DNA of 64,000 nucleotides from Escherichia coli (GTDB lineage Bacteria; Pseudomonadota; Gammaproteobacteria; Enterobacterales; Enterobacteriaceae): NCBI RefSeq assembly GCF_044647545.1, contig NZ_CP172818.1; one strand, 5' to 3'. Shown piece by piece: positions 56,870 to 64,000 of this stretch (position 1 is its first letter; each line of letters starts with the position of its first letter). The notes under the pieces were generated by a model. It saw only the letters and a program-made list of their open reading frames with translations, ran no database searches and was not told where the DNA came from. The position numbers and the translations under genes were made by a program.

Positions 56870-57421
56870 ATGAAAAAGAAAACAACACTTAGCGAGGAGG
56901 ACCAGGCGCTGTTTCGCCAGTTGATGGCCGGTACTCGCCAACTTAAGCAGGACACCATTGTCCATCGACCACAACGCAAGAAAATCAGCGAAGTGCCGGT
57001 CAAGCGGTTGATTCAGGAGCAGGCCGATGCCAGCCATTATTTCTCTGACGAGTTTCAACCATTATTAAATACCGAAGGTCCGGTGAAATATGTTCGCCCG
57101 GATGTCAGCCATTTTGAAGCGAAGAAACTGCGGCGCGGTGATTATTCACCGGAGCTGTTTTTGGATTTGCACGGTTTGACGCAGCTGCAAGCCAAGCAGG
57201 AGTTAGGCGCATTGATTGCCGCCTGCCGCCGCGAACATGTGTTTTGCGCCTGTGTGATGCATGGTCATGGTAAGCATATTTTGAAGCAGCAAACGCCGCT
57301 GTGGCTGGCGCAACATCCGCATGTGATGGCATTTCATCAGGCACCGAAAGAGTACGGTGGTGATGCGGCATTGCTGGTGTTGATAGAAGTGGATGAGTGG
57401 CTGCCGCCGGAATTGCCCTGA
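56870..57421 (+). CDS. smrB: Smr-domain protein (ribosome rescue endonuclease family)
   Basis: 183 aa; C-terminal Smr domain ([26 protein letters not shown]). Confidence 0.9.
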   Translation: MKKKTTLSEEDQALFRQLMAGTRQLKQDTIVHRPQRKKISEVPVKRLIQEQADASHYFSDEFQPLLNTEGPVKYVRPDVSHFEAKKLRRGDYSPELFLDLHGLTQLQAKQELGALIAACRREHVFCACVMHGHGKHILKQQTPLWLAQHPHVMAFHQAPKEYGGDAALLVLIEVDEWLPPELP

Positions 57422-57455
57422 GGAGTTGAGCGCGTTGCGCCAGGTAATGGGTAAT

Positions 57456-57477
57456 GGCAGGGGCGAATGCCCCTGCC
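57456..57477. other. GC-rich hairpin between convergent smrB and yfcO
   Basis: Perfect 8-bp stem ggcagggg/cccctgcc with 6-nt loop; no clear U tract. Confidence 0.35.
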
Positions 57478-57492
57478 TGGTGTATCTAAGGG

Positions 57493-58316
57493 CTACAACT
57501 CATTCAGTATGTACTGGAACCGGCAAGTAGAATCGATTGGCTGCATACTGCTGGTATCAACACGCACGACCATATCGTGTAACTGTTTGTCCGTTATAGG
57601 GTGTCGATTTGGCGTGACCGAGACTTCCGCCTTGTCACATCCCGACGCGGTAAAAGTTATCATCTGTGCAACCCAGCGGCAGTAACCACCTGTTTCATTC
57701 ATCTGCGTACTGTCGCACAACTTCCCATCTTTCATCAAATACGTTGAAAGCGTTTTCTCAACCACACCGCCCGTCGACTGCAGGGTGAGCAGTTTTGACT
57801 TACTGACATAATTCTCATTCCATGAAACGTCATAAGGTTGAACAGCAGAAACGGATGGACAAATCGTGTCGTGACTATCAGGCCCCTGATACGTCACGCC
57901 CCTGGAGAGGCTTCAGAGTCATTCATAATAACCAACCATGGACAAGAAAAGTAAGATTCAATCTCTGCAGAGACAATAACCTCAAATCATAATACCCGCA
58001 GTTCCACCCAGACGGTAATCCAGGACAACTTGCTTTGTTGATATTTTGATGGTAGCCAATCAGCTTAACCGAAGGGCAGGAGGAGGACCACTCCAGCCCA
58101 CATTTTGCAATATTTCCCCAGTCATGAGCCATTGACTACTTTTATATTCACCAACGTACACTGCGGATGGCATCATTATTTTTAAATTAAAAGTCGCAAT
58201 ATTACGCGAATCACCGTTGTAACCGTAGAGCAAACGTCAACGCTATGCCCGGCAGCCATAGCTTCGGCAGCAGCAATAGACATGACCAGAGCGAACAACC
58301 ATCGTAGTATTTTCAT
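57493..58316 (-). pseudogene. yfcO: DUF2544-like gene with multiple reading-frame changes
   Basis: ATG at 58316 gives a signal-peptide-like MKILRWLFALVMSIAAAEAMA then stops after 44 codons; coding-like sequence continues in other frames (69-codon ORF 57923..58132, 134-codon ORF 57493..57897); total span 824 nt. Confidence 0.55.
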
Positions 58317-58317
58317 T

Positions 58318-58854
58318 TTAAATATACTCAAATGTCGCAGTTAAAGAGGCGGTAAATTCACCGATCGTCACATCACGGCCGCTTTTCGCCTGTAGCCAGG
58401 CTCTGAAATTGATATCGTTATTGCCATTGGTTAGCGCAAAGGTCGCCCCATTTGTATTGTTGATGGCAACGGCATTCCGTCGGTTTTTTCCATGCCAATT
58501 CCCACTCCCTGAGCGGTTGATGACGTATCCAGTGCCAGAAAACCGGGTTGTTCGCTGTCTTTATCCCGCGAGCGTGACTTTTACGTTGTATCCCGCCGGC
58601 CCTTTGCAATCTTTCAGCTTAAAGACTACGGGTACACGAGCGGACTGGCCTGCAACGTTCAAATCCTGACGACTGACCGTGGGAAAGCGCACCTCTGCCA
58701 GATATTGGCCATCCACCACCAGCGCACAGGATTTACTTAATAAATTACCGGAGAAATGCAGATTATTATCTGCCGCGAATAACGTGCTACTCATTGCCAA
58801 TATCAGCCCCGCTAACAGGACGTAACCACCGGACTGAATCATTGATTTATTCAT
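58318..58854 (-). pseudogene. yfcP: Fimbrial subunit-like gene interrupted by an in-frame TAA or paired frameshifts
   Basis: 97-codon ORF (signal peptide MNKSMIQSGGYVLLAGLILA) ends at TAA 58561..58563; the same frame reopens and ends with fimbrial C-terminal strand GEFTASLTATFEYI at 58318; the +1 frame is open across the gap (58434..58580). Confidence 0.55.
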
Positions 58855-59338
58855 TGATAATCCACCCGTAATGTTGCGTAAGCCGAAAAATTCGTATCGC
58901 TTAACACAGCATCACTCGCTTTTACCGGTACGGCCTCCAGCTTCGGCTTTTGCGTAAAATCAGTGGCGTTGATAGCAGCGGAGTATTGAGTTTAAAACGC
59001 TGACCATCGTGCTGAAGCTCGATACCAAAACCGGGTACATCAGTTTTAATTGCTGCATCATTAAAACTGGTTTGTGTACCAGTCCAGGTGAGGGTCATCT
59101 CCCAATCTGGATGACGGGTCGTCGAGTCACAAGTGAGTTCATATGGCACCTCTTTACGACCATAGTTGCCGTTGATGTCGTCGATAATGAGATCGCGAAA
59201 TTCGACTTCAATGGTTTTACCACCGCTGATGCTACAGGTTGGCGGTGACAATAATGTCCCGTGAAAGGTGATGTCTTCATCAGCAGCATGAGCTATGGCG
59301 CTACTGACACAAAGCAGGGTTAAGAAAGTCTTTCTCAT
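58851..59338 (-). pseudogene. yfcQ: Fimbrial subunit-like gene with -1 frameshift near 3' end
   Basis: 138-codon ORF ends in non-fimbrial tail RKSRSWRPYR; alternative frame carries fimbrial C-terminus SAYATLRVDYQ and its TGA overlaps the yfcP ATG; span is 488 nt, one short of in-frame. Confidence 0.6.
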
Positions 59339-59823
59339 TGATAGTCCACCACCATGGTCAAACTGGCGTTAAACTCGCCCGCAGCAAGTTGCGCCCCGCT
59401 TGCCTTCACAGGTACAGCCTTCAACTGTGGCTGGTTATTGATATTAAATGGCGTCCAGCTATTTTCACCGACGGCAAACAATGAGTTATCGGCGCTATTT
59501 TCTATCCGAATGCCCAGCCCGGTGATATTGGTACTGAGTACCGTTTCGCCGTTAATCGTTGAGGTATTGCCCTTAAGTTGCATCCGCAAGTCGTTAGCAA
59601 GACTGTTTGTGCAGTTCAACGTGTATTTCGCATCTTGCCGATAATTGGTGCCATCAACGTTATCAGCAATCATATTACCGAACTCCACCTCCGCGCCCGT
59701 TACCGTACAAGGAGGCGGAGCATCAACAAGCACCCGTAAAATCATATCCACCGATTTGCTCCCTGCCGTCACGGAGCAACTACCGATGCAGCCCACCAGC
59801 AACCACGCCCACGATCCTTTCAT
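59335..59823 (-). CDS. yfcR: Fimbrial subunit-like protein
   Basis: Start at MKGSWAWLLVGC (162 aa) preceded by GGGAG Shine-Dalgarno; C-terminal strand LTMVVDYQ; the ORF track start at 59889 would overlap yfcS. Confidence 0.75.
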   Translation of the reverse strand: MKGSWAWLLVGCIGSCSVTAGSKSVDMILRVLVDAPPPCTVTGAEVEFGNMIADNVDGTNYRQDAKYTLNCTNSLANDLRMQLKGNTSTINGETVLSTNITGLGIRIENSADNSLFAVGENSWTPFNINNQPQLKAVPVKASGAQLAAGEFNASLTMVVDYQ

Positions 59824-59839
59824 CCTGGCTCTCCCGTTA

Positions 59840-60592
59840 TCAGCCTTTGCTGCTTTGATCTTCATCCACCTTGCAGGTGTCCCCTTCACAGCGGAAGATC
59901 AGCGGCAGGCGCGCGCCGTAGTCGTTGATGTAGGTCAGCACCGGGGCGCTGTCCATTTTTGCCTTTAACGGCTGTGACGTTTTCGGCGACATCACCAGCG
60001 GTTTAAACCCGGCAGCGGTCGGCCCTTTCTTCTGTGTGCTGGCATCGCTGATGATGACGTGGTATGGCGTCGGGTTATTGACGGTATAGTCCTGGCCGCT
60101 GCGCGTGAGCGTCACCTTAAACTGCCACGGTTTTCTCATGTCGATCTTCTCCAGCGCCTTTGGTCGCCAGAACAGCTTGATGCGCGTTTGCAGGGCAATT
60201 TGCAGAGTGTTGGCTTTCCCGGTCTTTGGCGGGATCTCACGCACGTTGTAATAGAACAGGCTTTCGCGATCGGACGGCAGCGTGTGAATGTCCGGCAGCG
60301 CCTGAATCTTCACCTGGCCGTTCATCATAGCGTCAATACGCTGCACCGGCGGCAGTACCGCCAGCGGCGAGGTGATTTTGTTGCCCTTCTCGTCTTCCAG
60401 CCAGCTTTGCGCCAGGTAAGGCAGCTTTTCGTTGTTGTTACGCAACGTCACGCTGATCGATTTATCGCTTTCGTTAAACACCAGACGGGTGCGGTCCGGG
60501 GTGACCGAGGCGTGCGCCGCCAGGCTGACGGTGGAAAGCAGTGCCGCCAGCGCCGTGCTGACGACCATTGAACTGGATAATTTATAAGACAT
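59840..60592 (-). CDS. yfcS: Periplasmic fimbrial chaperone (PapD-like)
   Basis: Start at MSYKLSSSMVVSTALAALL (250 aa) within 297-codon ORF; signal peptide and chaperone-length product. Confidence 0.8.
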   Translation of the reverse strand: MSYKLSSSMVVSTALAALLSTVSLAAHASVTPDRTRLVFNESDKSISVTLRNNNEKLPYLAQSWLEDEKGNKITSPLAVLPPVQRIDAMMNGQVKIQALPDIHTLPSDRESLFYYNVREIPPKTGKANTLQIALQTRIKLFWRPKALEKIDMRKPWQFKVTLTRSGQDYTVNNPTPYHVIISDASTQKKGPTAAGFKPLVMSPKTSQPLKAKMDSAPVLTYINDYGARLPLIFRCEGDTCKVDEDQSSKG

Positions 60593-60611
60593 TGATCGTT
60601 CCTTAATCAGA

Positions 60612-63269
60612 TTATTGAGTAGCTGAAATTGACGTCGGCGCTTCCGTTGGTGTGACTTGCCGCGTCTGGTCCTGAATAACAGGCTTAATGTCTGCCGCTG
60701 AAGAATCAGGGGCTGCCGTTCCCTTTTGTTCACACGGCAACAACAGGCCGCTGAACAGATCGGCAGGTAGCGGCTTCGGCAATACGATCTCGCATTGTGC
60801 GCTGCCTTCCCAGAACACCGTCATATGCTCACCCGCATTGACTCCCGCCAGATAGACATTGCCTTCATCATCCACAATGCCAACCTGCTGCTGCTCGTCG
60901 TTTTTCACTTCCGCGCCAAACGGCGGGTAGCTGCCGTCACGCAACCGCAGTACCGCCATCGCTTTTTGCCCGCTGATCACTTTGAATTTGCGATAGCCAA
61001 TTGCACCTTCCGTCAGGGTTGCCTGTACCACCGACTGGGTGGCTTCCGCATCTTCTGGCAGGTTGTTTAAATCGATATACGCCTGATTGCGATAGTAGTT
61101 GTTAATATCGGCGACCACCGCCTTGCCAAACATATTGGTGTACACCGGCGCGCCGTTGCTTTCGACCGGCACATTGGCAATCCCGTCGGCGTCAATCAGC
61201 AAGCGCGTACCGCCCATGCTTTGAGTGCGATGCAGCGCCCCACCATGCGCGGTCAGCGTTGCCCCGCCCTGTAAGGCGATCCCCGCCGAGCGGTATTCCC
61301 CCTCATGGTAGTTGGCGCTGAGATCAACCTTCGCCAGCGAGCCGTCGTGACTCAGATAACCATCCACGCTGCCGTGCTGTTCGCTGGTACCGACGTTAAC
61401 CTGGTAGTGCGTTGCGTCATCAACGCGCTTAAAGTAACCGACCTGGCTGCTGTCCGACCCACTGCCGTAGGAGCCGTTGTAGGTCACGGTGCTGCTGTCG
61501 CTCCACGGAATGCTCATGCTGAGGTACATCCCCTTATCCGCGTTATCGTCATATTCGTAGCGATAGCCGGTCACCGAGATGCTCATGTTGCGAATACTCC
61601 CCATATTAAAATAGTGGGAAAACATCAGGTTATAGTTTGTCTGTTCCGGGCGATTCCAGTAAGTACGATGGGAGTAGTTGAGATAGATCGAGACACCCGC
61701 AGCGGCAAAGTTCTGGTTATAGGTGATCGTATACATCTCTTTGTCGTTACCGGTCCGCGCCATGTCCGACTGGTTCGCGTCCAGATACTCGCTCATGGTC
61801 ATGAAGTTCTTTTCAGAAAAACGGTAGCCTGCAAAGGTGACGCGGCTGTTGAGTTCGTCAAAGTCTTTGGCATAGCTCACGCGAAAGGAGTTGCCGTCCA
61901 GTTTTCCTTTGCCGTATGCGCTGTCATGATCCAGGTTGACGTGCGAGTGAGTCACATCGAACGCCAGCGCGCCAAACTGTGCGAGGTCGCGCCCCCCCCC
62001 CATCGCCGCCGACTGGTAGTGTTCATCTGCCAGCGCGCCACCGTAGAGCGACCAGCCATCTGCCACCCCCCATGACGCTTCTCCGCCGGAGAAAAAGCCG
62101 CCTTCGGTCTTGTGGTTCCAGTCTTCCGGACGCCCCATCATCACTTTGTAACGCACCTGCCCCTGGCGCGTGAGGAATGGCATAGATGCGGTGGTAACGT
62201 CATATTCCTGCACCTGACCATTCTGTTCTTCAACGCGGACGTGCAGTGTGCCGGAGACGGAGTCGCCGATATCCTGAATGCGGAATGGCCCGGCGGGAAC
62301 CTGGGTTTCGTAAAGTACCCGGCCCATCTGGCTAATGGTGACTTTTGCACTGCTGTGCGCCACGCCGGAGACATCCGGCGCATAGCCGCGCAGGTTGGGC
62401 GGCAGCATCTGGTCATCGGTGCTGACGCTGCTGCCAATATAGTTAAAGCCGTCGAAAATATCGGAGTTGAGATAATCTTCACCCAGCGACAGCTTGGCTT
62501 TTAAAGAGGGTAAGGCCCGCCAGGCGTAATAACGGCTCCAGTCCCAGTTTTTGCTCGTTGTGCTGTTACTGCTGTCATCGTCTTCGTCGTCGTTGCTGCG
62601 GGTGTGCTGATAATCACTTTGCCAGTCAGCGCGGAAACGCCATGCCCCCAGGTTCGCCCCAACGGTACCGTTGCCGCTGATATCATGTGAGTCCTCGCCC
62701 CCCTGCTCCTGATGACGGGTTTGCGCATTGAGGCTGTAGTCGGCAATCAGGCCAGGAATACCGTCGTCCCAGCGTGAGGGTGGGTCCCAGTCGCTGCTGG
62801 TATATTCGAGATAAGCCTGTGGCACTGTCAGCAGCAACGCCGACTGGCTTAAATCATTCTCGACTTCCATCCCATCTAATTGCCCCGGTTTAAGGCATTC
62901 ATCGTTGTGCGTCCACTGCAGGCTTTTTGCTATCCCTTCTTTCAGCCCCAGCGCCGCCACTAACTCAGGTGTCAGGCAGGCATACGTTTTTGTTGGATCG
63001 TTTTCAGAAACATACCAGTTAATGTCGTATTCATCAGAAAGGGGTTGTTTATTTATAAATACACGTAAATTATATTTTCCCGCGTCGACATACCCTTTTT
63101 TTGAAAACTTACCGAGATCAATTTTCGTGTCGCCCTTTAACTCAAGGAAACGGGGGTCAAATTGAATGGAATCATCAGCCCATGCATTGACTGATCCACC
63201 TGAGATTGCCAGCGCAATATAGCAGGCGATTCCCCGCAGCCGAAAATTTGAGTGATTAGGCATACACAT
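60612..63269 (-). CDS. yfcU: Outer-membrane fimbrial usher, apparently intact
   Basis: Uninterrupted 885-codon ORF with signal peptide and usher-length beta-barrel protein; I recall the K-12 reference usher here as a pseudogene. Confidence 0.82.
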   Translation of the reverse strand: MCMPNHSNFRLRGIACYIALAISGGSVNAWADDSIQFDPRFLELKGDTKIDLGKFSKKGYVDAGKYNLRVFINKQPLSDEYDINWYVSENDPTKTYACLTPELVAALGLKEGIAKSLQWTHNDECLKPGQLDGMEVENDLSQSALLLTVPQAYLEYTSSDWDPPSRWDDGIPGLIADYSLNAQTRHQEQGGEDSHDISGNGTVGANLGAWRFRADWQSDYQHTRSNDDEDDDSSNSTTSKNWDWSRYYAWRALPSLKAKLSLGEDYLNSDIFDGFNYIGSSVSTDDQMLPPNLRGYAPDVSGVAHSSAKVTISQMGRVLYETQVPAGPFRIQDIGDSVSGTLHVRVEEQNGQVQEYDVTTASMPFLTRQGQVRYKVMMGRPEDWNHKTEGGFFSGGEASWGVADGWSLYGGALADEHYQSAAMGGGRDLAQFGALAFDVTHSHVNLDHDSAYGKGKLDGNSFRVSYAKDFDELNSRVTFAGYRFSEKNFMTMSEYLDANQSDMARTGNDKEMYTITYNQNFAAAGVSIYLNYSHRTYWNRPEQTNYNLMFSHYFNMGSIRNMSISVTGYRYEYDDNADKGMYLSMSIPWSDSSTVTYNGSYGSGSDSSQVGYFKRVDDATHYQVNVGTSEQHGSVDGYLSHDGSLAKVDLSANYHEGEYRSAGIALQGGATLTAHGGALHRTQSMGGTRLLIDADGIANVPVESNGAPVYTNMFGKAVVADINNYYRNQAYIDLNNLPEDAEATQSVVQATLTEGAIGYRKFKVISGQKAMAVLRLRDGSYPPFGAEVKNDEQQQVGIVDDEGNVYLAGVNAGEHMTVFWEGSAQCEIVLPKPLPADLFSGLLLPCEQKGTAAPDSSAADIKPVIQDQTRQVTPTEAPTSISATQ
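61992..62001 (-). repeat. 10-nt G homopolymer (coding strand) inside the usher gene
   Basis: Plus strand shows 10 consecutive C; on the coding strand it reads ATG GGG GGG GGG (AAMGGGRD). Confidence 0.9.
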
Positions 63270-63307
63270 ATCCGTTTGTGAAACAGTCGTAAATCTGTTG
63301 CGTGTTG

Positions 63308-63335
63308 AAAAACCCCACAGCAGAACGCTGTGGGG
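63308..63335 (-). terminator. Hairpin with U run between yfcV and usher (intra-operon attenuator)
   Basis: Stem ccccacag/ctgtgggg; on minus strand followed by 5 U. Confidence 0.5.
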
Positions 63336-63343
63336 TTGTCACA

Positions 63344-63910
63344 TCAGAGATAGGTAATCTGGAATGTGGTCAGGGTTTCGAACTGGCCGAGATCCGGCGC
63401 TTCGGTTTCACCCACCAGCCAGGCTTTAAAGTTCAGCGTTTGCTTGTCTTTACCTTTGCTGGTTGAAGCATCCATCACGATTGGCTGAACAATCTTTTCG
63501 CCCACTTTATAACCTTTGCCATGGGTATCGCCGATCACCAGGCTCACATTCTTCATGGCAACACCGCTGTCAACGTTGAATAACGCATAGTTATCTGTGT
63601 TGGCTGGCCCCGCGTAGTTAGTACCGGTGAACGTGGTCTCCATGTTTGTTTCAGTGGAAAACACGCAGTCCTGTAAACGGATCTGGAAATCTTTCGGTGT
63701 GGTGGTGCCACCGCCGGTCAGTTTAGCCGCACCGATGTCACCCATATCGACTTCCAGTTTGTGATCGTCTGGAACGATAGAGCACGGGGAGTCTTCAATG
63801 GTGCCGTAGAAGCGCGCGGTACCGTTGTTGCCTGCTGCAAATGCAGAACTGGAAACAACTGCGCCCATGACCATCGCCGCAGCAATGGCTGTTTTGGCAA
63901 ACTTACTCAT
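63344..63910 (-). CDS. yfcV: Major fimbrial subunit
   Basis: 188 aa; signal peptide MSKFAKTAIAAAMVMGAVVSSSAFA; C-terminal strand TLTTFQITYL. Confidence 0.82.
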   Translation of the reverse strand: MSKFAKTAIAAAMVMGAVVSSSAFAAGNNGTARFYGTIEDSPCSIVPDDHKLEVDMGDIGAAKLTGGGTTTPKDFQIRLQDCVFSTETNMETTFTGTNYAGPANTDNYALFNVDSGVAMKNVSLVIGDTHGKGYKVGEKIVQPIVMDASTSKGKDKQTLNFKAWLVGETEAPDLGQFETLTTFQITYL

Positions 63911-64000
63911 TATTTGTCCTTAAATCATTAAGAGTTATAATATAAACACTGACATAAAATTAATATATATTATGCCCGATATTTATAGTTAGCCATTGAA
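63911..64000 (-). promoter_or_regulatory. AT-rich region upstream of yfcV (likely fimbrial operon promoter; partial)
   Basis: Very AT-rich sequence upstream of the first gene of the fimbrial operon; truncated by window end. Confidence 0.3.

Noticed and set aside
57923-58132. 69-codon ORF and 134-codon ORF (57493..57897) as independent small genes
   Set aside because: Both lie inside the span expected for one yfcO-like gene and join the upstream signal-peptide fragment only via frame changes; treated as pseudogene fragments.
59823-59889. Extended yfcR start at 59889 (184 codons) from the ORF track
   Set aside because: Would overlap the yfcS 3' end by 50 nt; the internal ATG at 59823 has a GGGAG Shine-Dalgarno and starts a proper signal peptide.

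Overview
This window is a contiguous, syntenic stretch of an Escherichia coli K-12-like chromosome with no inserted material relative to the gene order I know. I do not see a convincing undescribed system; nearly every ORF has a well-studied identity. Gene content, in order: the nuo operon on the minus strand (nuoM partial, then nuoL-K-J-I-H-G-F-E-CD-B-A), lrhA, alaA, yfbR, yfbS, yfbT-U-V, ackA-pta, yfcC, yfcD-E-F, yfcG, folX, yfcH, rpnB, argT and hisJQMP, the ubiX-purF-cvpA-dedD-folC-accD-dedA-truA-usg-pdxB block, flk, yfcJ, fabB, mnmC, the aroC-mepA-yfcA-epmC-yfcL operon, prmB, smrB, and the yfc chaperone-usher fimbrial operon (yfcV-usher-yfcS-yfcR-yfcQ-yfcP-yfcO). No rRNA, tRNA, CRISPR array, IS element or prophage is visible by eye. 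The observations worth a second look are sequence-level anomalies. (1) yfcA is split by a 1-nt frameshift in a short T run. (2) The three distal genes of the yfc fimbrial operon (yfcQ, yfcP, yfcO) are disrupted, while the usher is an intact 885-codon ORF that carries a 10-nt G homopolymer. (3) Several regulatory elements are readable: a sigma54-like promoter and CA-rich leader upstream of argT, a TTCAC-N6-TTCAC cre-tag-like repeat, the fabB operator palindrome, REP hairpins and terminators. Statements about the K-12 reference (gene lengths, which genes are intact) come from memory, not from a search. Coordinates come from the ORF track plus manual reading; several starts (nuoG, nuoCD, yfbU, yfcC, dedD, mnmC, aroC, usher) are uncertain by a few codons.
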